64,000 nucleotides of DNA from an uncultured Methylomirabilota bacterium (lineage in GTDB: Bacteria > Methylomirabilota > Methylomirabilia > Methylomirabilales > 2-02-FULL-66-22), in the NCBI GenBank assembly GCA_963705305.1, contig OY970067.1, forward strand, positions 4,640,001-4,704,000, written 5' to 3'. A model generated the notes under the pieces. That model was not told the origin of the DNA. It saw only the letters and a program-made list of their open reading frames with translations, and searched no databases. Below are positions 40,248-52,889 of this stretch, piece after piece (positions within the stretch are counted from its first letter, which is position 1; each line of letters begins with the position of its first letter). Made by a program: the position numbers and the translations under genes.

Positions 40248-41258
40248 TTAGCCAACCGCGACTCCCTCGCGAATGTGGGCCATCACCTTGTTGCTCACAC
40301 ACTCACCGGCCACCCGGATGGCATTCTTGATGGCCTTGGCTGTGGAGCCCCCGTGGCTGATGATGCAGACCCCGCTGACACCCAGCAAGGGCGCACCCCC
40401 CGTCTCTGACGAATCGATGCGCCGCTTGAACCGACGGAAGCCGGGACGCAGCAACAACGATCCTGCCCGGCCGCGCAGATCCCGGCGGCACTCCTCGCGG
40501 AGCAGATGGAACATGGTCTCCACCAGCCCTTCCGAGATCTTCAGGGCGACGTTTCCGATGAAGCCGTCGCACACGATCACATCGGAGCTGCCGTTGAAGA
40601 CGTCCCGCCCCTCCACGTTGCCGATGAAATTCAGGGACGCCTCCTCTTCCAGTTCCTTGAAGGCCTCCCGGGTCAGGTCGTTGCCCTTGCTCTCCTCTTC
40701 GCCGATGCTGAGGAGTCCCACCCGCGGGCGAGGGAGCCCCAGAATATCTCGGGCGTACACATTCCCCATGATGGCAAACTGCACCAGGTGCCGGGGCTTG
40801 CAATCGACATTGGCCCCCGCATCCAGGAGGACGGCTTTGCCCGTCAGGGTGGGGACCACAACCGCAATGGCCGGCCGCTCCACTCCCGGCAGCGGGCCCA
40901 AGACCAGGAGCGCGGTCGCCATCACGGCGCCGGTGTTCCCGGCGCTGACGAATGCGTCGGCCTCACCGCGCTTGAGCAGGTCCAACCCGATCCGGATGGA
41001 CGACCGCCGCTTCCGCCGGAGCGCGACGGTGGGATTCTCCCCCATCTCCACGGCTTCGGGGGCGTGCAGAACGGTCAAGGGAAGCCCGCGCACGTCGTGG
41101 CGGGCCATCTCCTGCCGAAGGGCCTGTTCCTCCCCGACCAGAAAGATGGGATCCCCGTACTCCCGGGCGGCCATCACGGCCCCTTCGACGTTGACCTCCG
41201 GCCCGCGATCGCCGCCCATGGCGTCCAGGGTGATTCGCACTCTGTCGCTAAGTAACAT
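40248..41258 (-). CDS. plsX: Phosphate acyltransferase PlsX
   Basis: LDAMGGD, SAGNTGA, LDAGANVD, DGFIGNVALK. Start is ambiguous. Confidence 0.95.
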   Translation of the reverse strand: MLLSDRVRITLDAMGGDRGPEVNVEGAVMAAREYGDPIFLVGEEQALRQEMARHDVRGLPLTVLHAPEAVEMGENPTVALRRKRRSSIRIGLDLLKRGEADAFVSAGNTGAVMATALLVLGPLPGVERPAIAVVVPTLTGKAVLLDAGANVDCKPRHLVQFAIMGNVYARDILGLPRPRVGLLSIGEEESKGNDLTREAFKELEEEASLNFIGNVEGRDVFNGSSDVIVCDGFIGNVALKISEGLVETMFHLLREECRRDLRGRAGSLLLRPGFRRFKRRIDSSETGGAPLLGVSGVCIISHGGSTAKAIKNAIRVAGECVSNKVMAHIREGVAVG

Positions 41259-41283
41259 ACGACTGGAATCCCCCGGGGAGTTC

Positions 41284-41466
41284 CTATTCTTCCGTTCGCT
41301 GAACCACCTGTCGGCCTCGGTAGTAGCCACAACTCCGACAGGCGCGATGGGGGAGGGTCAGGGCCTGGCAGCGAGGGCAGCGGGAGAGACCCTTGGCCTG
41401 CAAGCCGTCATGGGCCCGCCGCTTGCTGGTTCGAGCATTACTGTGCCGTCGCTTTGGGAGCGGCAT
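41284..41466 (-). CDS. rpmF: 50S ribosomal protein L32
   Basis: PKRRHSNAR, CPRC...PHRACRSCGYY. Confidence 0.95.
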   Translation of the reverse strand: MPLPKRRHSNARTSKRRAHDGLQAKGLSRCPRCQALTLPHRACRSCGYYRGRQVVQRTEE

Positions 41467-41542
41467 CGCTTTTCCTTTCTCACCTTCGTGCGTCGTTCAG
41501 GGAACGGATAGTTTCGGCGGAAGCCGGCCGGTGACCGGGAGC

Positions 41543-42055
41543 TTATAACAGCTTTTTCAAGATCTGCAGCCGCGGATCCGTAGCCGTCTCCCGGCAGCCG
41601 CACACCCCGTGGTTCAGGTTCGCGCCGCACTGCGGGCACAGCCCACGACACTCCTCCCGGCAGAGGGGTTGCAGAGGCAGGCTGAGCAAGAGATTCTCAC
41701 GCAGGAGGCGGTCGGTGTTGATCCTCCCCTCCTCCAGGTAGGTCACATCCAACTCATCCCCGGGAACCTCGTGCTCCTCCTCTGGCTGCCCTTGGGGGGC
41801 CAACTCGCAAAAAAGATCGAAGCGGTCCTGGGCCTGATAGTGAAACAGCTCGAGGCATCGGCTGCACACGAGGTCCAGTCCACCGGAAAACGAGCCCCTG
41901 AGCAATACCCCGCGCCCGGAGCGTCCGATATGAAGATCGGCCCTGACGACCGCGGGACCTTCCCACACCCCCGTCGATTCGCCCAGGTCCAGCGTCTCGT
42001 CCGGCAAGGCAACGTCCAGGCCTTCCGGAGGAATCTGCGATACTTCAATCAACAT
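41543..42055 (-). CDS. yceD: DUF177/YceD family protein
   Basis: CSRCL and LCREECRGLCPQCGANLN...DPRL; upstream of rpmF. Confidence 0.9.
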   Translation of the reverse strand: MLIEVSQIPPEGLDVALPDETLDLGESTGVWEGPAVVRADLHIGRSGRGVLLRGSFSGGLDLVCSRCLELFHYQAQDRFDLFCELAPQGQPEEEHEVPGDELDVTYLEEGRINTDRLLRENLLLSLPLQPLCREECRGLCPQCGANLNHGVCGCRETATDPRLQILKKLL

Positions 42056-42084
42056 GTCGCCAAAGTCCGCTAAAAAGCGGGCGT

Positions 42085-42113
42085 AGTATACTGGTGCCCC
42101 CCAAGAGTGTCAA
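42085..42113 (-). promoter_or_regulatory. Sigma70 promoter of the yceD-rpmF-plsX-fab operon
   Basis: TTGACA-17 nt-TATACT, close to consensus. Confidence 0.7.
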
Positions 42114-42218
42114 GGGAAAAGCCCCGCGCCCAGGCTGGGGAACCGCCCGAAAAAATCAAACGATACAAGGACTTGCGCCGGATGCGGCCGGGGCGGAGCC
42201 GCTGGTAGGTACCGCCGC

Positions 42219-42656
42219 TTATCCCCGGCTCACCCGGTCATAACTGCAATGGTCCAGGGCCGAAAAGAAATACGGAATCTCGTACGCCGCCGATTCCGGA
42301 GAATCGGATCCATGAACCGCGTTCTGTTCCATATTCGTCGCCAGGTCTCTCCGGATCGTCTCCTCCTCAGCCTTGGCCGGGTCGGTTGCCCCCATGAGCT
42401 GACGGGCCCTGGCGATGGCGCCCGATCCCTCCAGGATCATTGCCACCACCGGCCCCGACGACATGAATTGGGTCAGGCTGGGGAAGAAAGGGCGCTCCCG
42501 GTGGACCTGATAGAAGCCCTCCGCCTCTCGCCGGCTCAGCTGGGTCATCCGGAGTGCGCGAAGCGTGAGTCCGGCGGCCTCAAACCGGCGGATGATCTCG
42601 CCGGTGTATCCTCGGCGCACGGCATCCGGCTTCACCATCACCAACGTCCGCTCCAT
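42219..42656 (-). CDS. ndk: Nucleoside diphosphate kinase
   Basis: MERTLVMVKPDAV, NAVHGSDS. Confidence 0.96.
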   Translation of the reverse strand: MERTLVMVKPDAVRRGYTGEIIRRFEAAGLTLRALRMTQLSRREAEGFYQVHRERPFFPSLTQFMSSGPVVAMILEGSGAIARARQLMGATDPAKAEEETIRRDLATNMEQNAVHGSDSPESAAYEIPYFFSALDHCSYDRVSRG

Positions 42657-42761
42657 GGCTCTCTTCTCACCCTCCCCGATCGCACGCTCTGCGCTGGCTG
42701 GCCGCACCTGCCCCGCCCAGATCCCAGCCTGCGGGAGAACCGAGCCTCCCGGGCGAAGACG

Positions 42762-43712
42762 TCAACGACGCTTTCTCTTGGAGATGGATCGGCCCCGGAC
42801 GGACGCTGTCTTCCGCGGGGCAGTCGGACGCCCGACGGATCGCTTCGGGAGGATCCGGGCCACTGCCTGACCCATATCCGCCGGACTTTTCACGACGGTG
42901 ATGCCAGCCTTCCGCAGGGCCGCCATCTTCTCCGCGGCGGTTCCGGTGCCTCCCGAGATGATCGCCCCAGCATGCCCCATCCGCCGACCGGGAGGCGCGG
43001 TCTGCCCGCAGATGAAGCCGACGACGGGCTTGCTGACGTGCCCTCGAACAAAGGCCGCGGCCTCTTCCTCTGCGGTGCCGCCGATCTCACCGATCATCAG
43101 GATCGCGTCCGTTTCCGCATCAGCCTCGAAAAGCTCCAGGGCATCCACGAAGCTCGTGCCGATGATGGGATCCCCCCCGATGCCAATGCAGGTCGACTGT
43201 CCGATCGCTCGGATGGTCAGCTGTCCCACTGCCTCATAGGTCAGCGTGCCGCTCCGCGAGATGACCCCGACCCTCCCTGGGAGATGGATGTGACCCGGCA
43301 TGATGCCGACCTTGGCTTTTCCGGGCGAGATGATCCCGGGGCAGTTGGGGCCGATGAGCCGTGTCTGGCGGCCCTGCAGGGCCCGCCGCACCCGAACCAT
43401 GTCGAGGGTGGGAACGCCCTCGGTGATGCAGACGACGACCTGAATGCCCGCATCCGCCGCCTCCAGAATGGCGTCGGCGGCCTGCGCGGGCGGCACGAAG
43501 ATCAGAGAGGTATTGGCCCCTTCCTGGGTCACGGCCTGCGTCACGGAATCGAAGACCGGGATGCCTTCGTGCAGGATGCCCCCCTTTCCCGGGGTCACTC
43601 CGGCCACAAACCGCGTCCCGTATTCCCGGCACGCCAGGGCATGAAACGTGCCCTCGCGCCCGGTGAGACCCTGAACCACCACCCGGCTGTGCCTGTCTAC
43701 CAGGATGCTCAT
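42762..43712 (-). CDS. sucD: Succinyl-CoA synthetase alpha subunit
   Basis: [31 protein letters not shown]. Confidence 0.96.
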   Translation of the reverse strand: MSILVDRHSRVVVQGLTGREGTFHALACREYGTRFVAGVTPGKGGILHEGIPVFDSVTQAVTQEGANTSLIFVPPAQAADAILEAADAGIQVVVCITEGVPTLDMVRVRRALQGRQTRLIGPNCPGIISPGKAKVGIMPGHIHLPGRVGVISRSGTLTYEAVGQLTIRAIGQSTCIGIGGDPIIGTSFVDALELFEADAETDAILMIGEIGGTAEEEAAAFVRGHVSKPVVGFICGQTAPPGRRMGHAGAIISGGTGTAAEKMAALRKAGITVVKSPADMGQAVARILPKRSVGRPTAPRKTASVRGRSISKRKRR

Positions 43713-43742
43713 GGGGACTCCTTCCCGGCGCGGGTCCGCGTC

Positions 43743-44906
43743 TCAGGCCGCGCGCGCGGCCCGGACGGCCTTCCTGGCCCCATCCTTCATGTCGCGCGCC
43801 GGAATGAAGTTCAATCCGGATTCGGCCAGCATGCGCTGGCCAAGCTCCACGTTGGTTCCCTCCATCCTGATCACGATCGGCAGGCCGACGCCGAGCGACT
43901 TGACTGCCCGGATGACTCCTTCCGCCAGCCGGTCGCAGCGGAGGATGCCGCCAAAGATATTGATCAGGACCGCCCGGACATTCGGATCGGAGATCAGGAT
44001 GCGAAAGGCGTTCTCGATCTGCTCGGCGCTGGCGCCGCCGCCCACGTCGAGGAAATTCGCCGGCTGGCCCCCCGCCAGCTTGATGATGTCCATGGTGGCC
44101 ATGGCCAGACCGGCGCCATTCACCATGCATCCCACGTTGCCATCCAGCTTGATGTAGTTCAGGTTGAAGCGCGAGGCATCCACCTCCAGCGGGGACTCCT
44201 CGGCGGGATCGCGCAAGGCCTGCACCTCGGGATGGCGGGCAAGCGCATTGTCGTCAAAGTTCATCTTGGCATCCAGGGCCAAAAGGCGGCCGTCCTCCGT
44301 CACCACCAAGGGGTTGATCTCGGCCAGCGAGGCATCCTTGGCCTCGAAGGCCCGGTAGAGCCGGCGGACAAAATCGCCGAATCCCTTCAGCAGTTCCCCT
44401 TTGAGCCCCAAGCCGAACCCCAACTTCCGCGGGTGAAAGCCGGTGACGCCCGTCGCGGGATCCACGTGCACCTTCACGATGGCCTCCGGACGGGTCCGCG
44501 CCACCTCTTCGATGTCCATCCCGCCGGCGCTCGAGGCCATGATGACGGGCAGGCCGGCCCTGCGGTCGATCACGATTCCCAGATAGAGCTCCCGGCTGAT
44601 GGCCATCCCCTCTTCCACCAGCACGCGTGTGACCCGCTGCCCTTCCGGCCCGGTCTGGTGGGTGCGGAGCATCATGCCCAGGATCTGCGAGGCCGCCTGC
44701 TCGGCTTCCTCCGGACTCTTGGCGACCTTGATGCCGCCCCCCTTGCCCCGTCCGCCGGCGTGGATCTGCGCCTTCACCGCAACCGTCCCGCCCAGCTCCC
44801 GAGCGATGGCGCCGGCGTCGGTCGCCGTCCCGGCCACCCGTCCCCGCGGCACCGGAACCCCGAACTCCGCCAGGATGGCCTTGGCCTGATACTCATGGAT
44901 CTTCAT
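43743..44906 (-). CDS. sucC: Succinyl-CoA synthetase beta subunit
   Basis: MKIHEYQAK, KAQIHAGGRGKGGG, NGAGLAMATMD, NIFGGI. Confidence 0.96.
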   Translation of the reverse strand: MKIHEYQAKAILAEFGVPVPRGRVAGTATDAGAIARELGGTVAVKAQIHAGGRGKGGGIKVAKSPEEAEQAASQILGMMLRTHQTGPEGQRVTRVLVEEGMAISRELYLGIVIDRRAGLPVIMASSAGGMDIEEVARTRPEAIVKVHVDPATGVTGFHPRKLGFGLGLKGELLKGFGDFVRRLYRAFEAKDASLAEINPLVVTEDGRLLALDAKMNFDDNALARHPEVQALRDPAEESPLEVDASRFNLNYIKLDGNVGCMVNGAGLAMATMDIIKLAGGQPANFLDVGGGASAEQIENAFRILISDPNVRAVLINIFGGILRCDRLAEGVIRAVKSLGVGLPIVIRMEGTNVELGQRMLAESGLNFIPARDMKDGARKAVRAARAA

Positions 44907-45009
44907 AGTCGCTCCGCAATGGTCCCGCCCACCGTGCAGCCCGCCGGCCACAGCCGGCCGGCGCCGCGCTTCGCCCGGGAACGGGATCCGCTGGTCCGCC
45001 TGCTCCTGA

Positions 45010-45315
45010 CTAGGAAGGCCGCCTGGACCGGAGAGGAGGCGCGCTGCAGGGCTTGACGGCGGCCTTGGCCTCCGCCTCCCGCAGGGTGTCTTCCAGGGTT
45101 TGTTTTTCCTGAAGCAACTGCCCTACCTGCTGCTTCAGCGCATCCACATCGGCCTTGAGACCGGTCACCTGTCCTCTCAGACTGACATTCTCCTGCTGAA
45201 GACTTGCCACCAGGGCCTGGAGCTGGCGGTTCTCCTCCTTGATCGCCTGACCGCAACCGGCCAGGAGGATGGCCAGCAGCGCCACGAGGCCGACGGATCC
45301 GTACCTCAGTCGCAT
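45010..45315 (-). CDS. Hypothetical coiled-coil lipoprotein
   Basis: Lipobox LLAGC after a signal peptide, then a heptad coiled coil. Purine-rich RBS upstream. Confidence 0.65.
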   Translation of the reverse strand: MRLRYGSVGLVALLAILLAGCGQAIKEENRQLQALVASLQQENVSLRGQVTGLKADVDALKQQVGQLLQEKQTLEDTLREAEAKAAVKPCSAPPLRSRRPS

Positions 45316-45416
45316 TCCCCTTCACCTTCCCGTCGGCGAGTCTTCAGCCCGTGAGAATTCCCCCCACGGCCGCCGCCGGCATCTGCGCCTCCCGACGCCG
45401 CGTGCAGCACCGCCGG

Positions 45417-47631
<2,215 letters not shown>

Positions 47632-47919
47632 GCCTACCCCCCTGTCGGTTCCGGAGCGGTTCGCGAATCGCCCAACGTCCTCGGGACCCGTGAATCCCCC
47701 CATGTCCGGCGGGAACCCGCCCAAGGCTGGCGGGAGACCAGTACTGGCCTGTCCGGGATGGGGATGCGATCGGCGGCCGTTCTCGGCGGCCGCGAGTCGT
47801 CCGTCGCAGACCCGCCGGAGTCGGCCTGCGCGATTCTGGTAACACAGGGGTGGAGGGGTGTCAAGGAAGAATCCCCGCCTCCCCCCTCCGCGGACGCACA
47901 GCGGCCCTCGCGCCGCAAA

Positions 47920-49563
47920 TCACGATCCGCCCAGGATCCGGTCGGCCACCTGCATCGCCCCTTCCGCGATGGCGGACAGCAGCCGGCCTGGCCCCCACCA
48001 CTCCCCCACGGTCAACAGGCCGCGTGGTGCACAGGCCGGCGGTGCCCCCGCTCGCCTCCCCAGCCATTCCGGCACAGTCCCGGCATATCGCACCGCCGCC
48101 GTGGGGCGCCCCCACAGCTCGGCCAGGCGCCCGGGGTCGAGCGTGCGCGGGAAGCCGGCCGATTGTTCGATCCCGGGGATGATCTGGTCGACGGCCGCCA
48201 GCAGCGCTCCGCCCCCCCGAGCCGCCGGTCCCCCGGAAGACGCCGGCACATAGCGCCCCGCGCTGAGACAGATGGAGTCGGCCGGGAACCCCTCCTCTGG
48301 GGCCTGAGCGACATGGACGAAGACCAGGTTTTCCTCCCGCGCCGGCCGGTCCGGATCGGGGACCACCACGCAATGGGCGCGGAGCTCGGAGGGGCAAAGG
48401 GACGCCGGGAAGACGGCGGCCACTCCTTCTGCCACGTGGGTGACCTGCCGGGCGCTGTCACCCCCTCGAGGACGTCGGAGCCATCGGGCCGTTGGCGGGA
48501 GCAGCCACTCCGCCAGCACGGCGGGGGGCACATCCGAGACGACCCAGCGGGCCTGAACGGTCTCCTGCTGAGCGGTCACCACCCCGAGGACCCGTCCCCG
48601 CCTCACCAGGCATCCGGCGATTTCGGCTCCCAGCCGAAGCTGGCCCCCGTCCCGCTCGAACTGCCGCAGCAGCGAGTCCATCAGCGTCTCCACGCCTCCG
48701 CGAATGGTGGCCCCGCGGCGACGCACATCCTCCAGCGCGACGGCGGCTTCCAGGGTCGAACACTCCTCGGTCGTTCGAAGCAGGAGATACCAGAGGACCG
48801 CTTCCAGCACCTGCCGGCTTGCCGGACCCAGTGCGATCTCGTCGAGGGTCGCGCGGAAGGGGGTCGCCATGGCCCGCCCCACCATTCTCCACGCCGAGGC
48901 CTGCGCCCCCACCATTTTTCCCAGCCGCGACCGCAGCCACCACCGCAGGCGCGTCGGCCACTGCTCGGGGGGCAGCGATGGAGCAACGCCGAGGATCCGC
49001 TCGCGGCTCGCCAGCTGCTCGTCCAGCCTGGCCAGCAAGGCTCGCCAACCGGCCTCATCTTCCGGGAACTCCCGCCGGATCTCCCGCCACCATCGGTCCG
49101 AATCCTGCCAAAAGCTGATCCGGTGACGCCGCAGGGCGACCTGGAGGGCGGGCTCCGTTTCCACCGTGGGGAGCGCGAGCCCCAGCCGCTGGCAGAGGAG
49201 GGTCGCCGGGCCGCTCGGCCCCAGGCCCGTCAGAAAGCTGGTCCCGGGCTCAAACCGGCATCCATCCAGCGACAGGACCCGGCTGGCGCCGCCCGCCTCG
49301 GGAGATCGGTCGAAGACGACCACGGACCGGCCCGCGCGGGCCAGGAGACAGGCAGCCATGATGCCGCCCATTCCGGCACCCACGACCGCAACGTCCCACT
49401 CCGAAGGCGTGAGCGATCCGGGGCCCGGGGAGACGGGCAGCGCGCCGGCGTCCGGCGCGGGAGCTGCGGACACTCCACCGGCCGGCATCCCGTGGGCGCC
49501 GGGTGGCGGGGGGGAAGAAGGGGAGCTCTTCCGCTTATGGCGAGATCGCTTCGCGGCAGTCAC
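47920..49563 (-). CDS. FAD-dependent oxidoreductase, phytoene desaturase-like
   Basis: DVAVVGAGMGG Rossmann motif, GGVETLMDSL, C-terminal RGLLTVGEWWGPG. Start is uncertain. Confidence 0.75.
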   Translation of the reverse strand: MTAAKRSRHKRKSSPSSPPPPGAHGMPAGGVSAAPAPDAGALPVSPGPGSLTPSEWDVAVVGAGMGGIMAACLLARAGRSVVVFDRSPEAGGASRVLSLDGCRFEPGTSFLTGLGPSGPATLLCQRLGLALPTVETEPALQVALRRHRISFWQDSDRWWREIRREFPEDEAGWRALLARLDEQLASRERILGVAPSLPPEQWPTRLRWWLRSRLGKMVGAQASAWRMVGRAMATPFRATLDEIALGPASRQVLEAVLWYLLLRTTEECSTLEAAVALEDVRRRGATIRGGVETLMDSLLRQFERDGGQLRLGAEIAGCLVRRGRVLGVVTAQQETVQARWVVSDVPPAVLAEWLLPPTARWLRRPRGGDSARQVTHVAEGVAAVFPASLCPSELRAHCVVVPDPDRPAREENLVFVHVAQAPEEGFPADSICLSAGRYVPASSGGPAARGGGALLAAVDQIIPGIEQSAGFPRTLDPGRLAELWGRPTAAVRYAGTVPEWLGRRAGAPPACAPRGLLTVGEWWGPGRLLSAIAEGAMQVADRILGGS

Positions 49564-49580
49564 AATAGTCGTCTGGGGGC

Positions 49581-50899
49581 TCAGCCCCGGCCGCGGACCG
49601 ATAGCCGGATCGGGGTTCCGCGGAATCCATAGGCCTCACGGAGACAGTTTTCCAAATACCGCATGTAGGAGAAGTGCAGCCTCGCCGATGCGGTAGTAAA
49701 GCACAGGAAGGTGGGCGGCCGGACCCCCACCTGCGTGGCGTAGCGCACACGAACCGGGCGCCCCCGCTCCGCCGGAGGCGGCCGCCGCGAGACCGCCGCC
49801 TGGATGGTGGCGTTCAGCTCGGGCGTCGGTATCCTCCGCTCCCGTTCCGCCGCCGCCGCATCGATCATGCGAAACAGAGAACGTCACGCGAAGGCCCGTC
49901 AATGCCGAAATGAATGCCACCGGCGCGTAGTCAAGATATTTGAATCGCTCTTGCATATCAAGGCGGAACTTCTCCATGGCGTCCGGCTCGCGGGTCCGAC
50001 GGTCCCATTTGTTCACGGCCAGGATGCAGGCGCACCCGGCCTCGTGCGTTTCGCCGGCAATCTTCGTATCCTGCGCCGTCACGCCCTCGATCCCATCCAG
50101 GAGGATCACCGACACGTCCGCCCGCCGCACGGCCGCCAGGGCGCGCGAGACGCTGTAGCGCTCCACCGAGCGTCCCAGAACGTCCCTTGGCGCGGATGCC
50201 GGCCGTGTCCACCAGCACATACTCCCGGCCGCCGAGGCTGAACCGGGTGTCCACCGCGTCGCGCGTCGTTCCCGGCTCAGGACTCACCACGACCCGGTCG
50301 GTCCCCAGGATGCGATTCACCAGGGAGGACTTCCCGACGTTGGGCCGGCCGACCACGGCGACCGTCACGGGCCGGCCCTCGTCCGCCGCGGCCGCGGCCG
50401 CCGGGAAGAGGGCCGCCACGACATCCAGGAGCTCCCCGATGCCCCGGCCCTGCTCTGCGGAGATCGGGTAGGTGGCGTCGAATCCGAGGCGGGCGAACTC
50501 CGCCGCCAGCGGCTCCTGGCCCAAAGCATCCACCTTGTTCACCACCAGGAAGATGGGCCGCGGGGTCCCCCGTCGCAGCAGACGGGCGACCTCGATGTCC
50601 GTGGGGGTCAGGCCGTCTTTCGCGTCCACCAGCAGGATGATGGCGTCCGCCTCGGCCACCGCCTGCTCGGCCTGGGCGCGGATCTGGACCGCGATCCCCG
50701 AGCCGGCGGGCTCGAAGCCGCCCGTGTCCACCACGGTGAATTGCTGCCCCCGCCAGTCGAATGCACCGTAGAGGCGATCCCTGGTTACGCCAGGCTGGTC
50801 GTCCACGATCGCGCGCCGCCCCCGGAGCAGGCGATTGAAGAGGGTGGATTTCCCGACATTGGGCCGGCCCACGATGGCAAGAACCGGTGGCTGCGGCAC
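49581..50899 (-). CDS. der: Ribosome biogenesis GTPase Der (EngA), split by two +1 frameshifts (probable sequencing errors)
   Basis: Two G domains (GRPNVGKS twice, DTGG/DTAG, NKVD/NKWD) and the KH tail (PPTF...YLENCLREAYGFRGTPIR) lie in three frames. Removing one base at 50179-80 and one at 49880-81 gives a 438-aa ORF. Confidence 0.93.
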
Positions 50900-50974
50900 G
50901 TACTCGTCCCTCCGGCCAGACGTGTCCCCAGGAGCCGATGCGGTACCAACCAGCCGACTCTCGGCTCTCCTCGG

Positions 50975-51406
50975 CTAGGGCTTCGCGGCCTTGGCGCGTC
51001 GCGAGGCGCGCCGGGCCACGCGGATCCCCACCTTCACACCGTGCCGCAATGCTTTGGCCTCGATGGTTGCGCGCTTGGCGACGGCCCGCCCCCTCGCCAT
51101 CGCCGACGGCGCCAGGCCGTCCGGCCCCTGCAGGCGCTCCTTCAGCCGGCCCAGGATGTTCCCGCCGTATTCCGCTGCGCGGCCGAGCCCCTCCAGGGCG
51201 ACCCGGGCCGCCGCCTGAACCGCCTCCACCTCGTGCTCCATCTCTTCCAGCACGCGCTTCAGTCCGGCCTGGACTTCCCCGCTGGCGCGATCGACCCTCC
51301 CGCGGAGAAGCAGGAGCTCCCCCTCCAGGCGGAGAAGGTGCCCCTCGTACTCCCGCAGCCTCCCCATCATCTGCCGTCGGAATCCGCGCGTTTCTGAGGT
51401 CGTCAT
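50975..51406 (-). CDS. Hypothetical helical/coiled-coil protein
   Basis: ATG after the RBS GAGGAG; amphipathic helices with a basic C-terminus. Confidence 0.6.
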   Translation of the reverse strand: MTTSETRGFRRQMMGRLREYEGHLLRLEGELLLLRGRVDRASGEVQAGLKRVLEEMEHEVEAVQAAARVALEGLGRAAEYGGNILGRLKERLQGPDGLAPSAMARGRAVAKRATIEAKALRHGVKVGIRVARRASRRAKAAKP

Positions 51407-51722
51407 GGCTCCTCCTCTTCCCCTTGCCGCCGTCTGGGGCAGCGCCGGGGTCGGATGCATCCGCTTTCCGGTGCGTTCATCGACGATCAGCCAATGATGA
51501 CAACGGATCGGGCCGGCCCGCCACCCCCGCGCCGCGACCCGCCTCTCACACCACCCGGCGGGGCCGCCTCGCGGAGGTGCCTAACGTAATATTCCGCATG
51601 TGGCCGGGCCCCTGTCAAGGAGTTTTCCCTTGATGTGCCCAGGAGGAACGTGGCGGCAGGGCTCGCGCGCCGCCCGCCCGGGCTCCGTCGCCAGTCCCCC
51701 GTCCCGGCACGTCCCGATAGGC

Positions 51723-51752
51723 TTGACGCTCCCGCACCGCGGGTGCTAGCCT
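51723..51752 (+). promoter_or_regulatory. Putative sigma70 promoter of ybaK (possibly leaderless)
   Basis: TTGACG-18 nt-TAGCCT with an extended TG; the ATG follows 9 nt later. The spacer contains the inverted repeat GCACC-GCG-GGTGC. Confidence 0.45.
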
Positions 51753-51761
51753 GCAACCAGC

Positions 51762-52253
51762 ATGAAGACGCGCGCCATGCAGATCCTGGATCGTGCCGGC
51801 CTTCGATACGAGGTCCGGGAATTCCAGGAAGAGGAGCTCGGGGCGGAAGAGGTTGCCCAGAAGCTCCAGCTCCCCCTGGCTCGAGTCTGCAAAACCCTGG
51901 TTGTTCAGGGGGACCGCACGGGCGTGCTCCTGGCCTGCCTGCCCGGCAGCCGAACGCTGTCCCTGAAAGCCCTGGCCGCAGCGTCCGGCAACAAACAGGT
52001 GGCATTGGTGGACCGGGCGGACATTCATCGCCTCACCGGCTACATCCGGGGGGGCGTCTCCCCCCTGGGAGGCAAGCGGACGTACCCGGTCTTCCTGGAT
52101 CAGCGGGCATTGGCCGAACCCCTGGTGAGCATCAGCGCAGGCATGCGCGGCATGCAGATCTTGCTGGCACCGAAAGACTTGGTGCTGGCCGCGTCCGCGA
52201 CGGTGGCGAATATCGGGCAGAACCGTGCCGCTGCCGACGGTGAGAATCGCTGA
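51762..52253 (+). CDS. ybaK: Cys-tRNA(Pro) deacylase YbaK
   Basis: KTRAMQILD, KTLVV, TGYIRGGVSPLG, SAGMRG. Confidence 0.92.
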   Translation: MKTRAMQILDRAGLRYEVREFQEEELGAEEVAQKLQLPLARVCKTLVVQGDRTGVLLACLPGSRTLSLKALAAASGNKQVALVDRADIHRLTGYIRGGVSPLGGKRTYPVFLDQRALAEPLVSISAGMRGMQILLAPKDLVLAASATVANIGQNRAAADGENR

Positions 52254-52289
52254 ATGCGCCGGCCGCGGATCGGCTGACGAGGGCGACCC

Positions 52290-52889
52290 GTGGGAGACGA
52301 GCGAAGCCTGATCGAGGCGTCGAAGCGGGGGGACACCGACGCCCTGGAAGAACTGGCTCGGACGCACCAGGGGCGCGTGTACGCCTTCGCCATGCGCATG
52401 TGCCGCAATGTTGAGGACGCGAAAGACATTTTGCAGGAGACGTTCTTGGGAATGGTTCGGTCTGTCCGCGACTTCCGGGAAGAGAGCAAATTCACCACCT
52501 GGCTGTACCGGATCGCCGCGAATGCCTGCATGAAGAAGCGGCGACGGGGCGTGTTCGAGCCCGAGCCGGATCAGGAGCTGTCCCTGGACGACCTGATGCC
52601 GTGCCCCGGCCAGGATGGGCGAAAGCCGGAGATCCCGGACTGGTCCGAGGATGCCGAGCAGGCCCTCTTGCGGGGAGAGCTGTCCGACCGGGTGGAGGCG
52701 GCCATCGATCGTTTGCCCCACGAGTACAAGATCGTGCTGGTCCTGCGGGACGTGGAGGGCTTCTCGGCGCAGGAGACGGCGGAAATGCTGAACCTTTCGG
52801 TCCCGGCGGTGAAATCCCGCTTGCACCGCGCCCGCGTCTTCGTCCGCCGGGAGCTGGAGGGGTATTTCCGCGATCGGAAAGAGACCTAA
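52290..52889 (+). CDS. ECF sigma-70 factor
   Basis: DAKDILQETF, SKFTTWLYRIAANAC, region 4 LRDVEGFS...AVKSRLHRAR. Confidence 0.93.
   Translation: MGDERSLIEASKRGDTDALEELARTHQGRVYAFAMRMCRNVEDAKDILQETFLGMVRSVRDFREESKFTTWLYRIAANACMKKRRRGVFEPEPDQELSLDDLMPCPGQDGRKPEIPDWSEDAEQALLRGELSDRVEAAIDRLPHEYKIVLVLRDVEGFSAQETAEMLNLSVPAVKSRLHRARVFVRRELEGYFRDRKET

Noticed and set aside
49581..50899. der as a true pseudogene or programmed frameshift
   Set aside because: The gene is otherwise intact and usually essential, and there is no slippery sequence. A sequencing error is more parsimonious.
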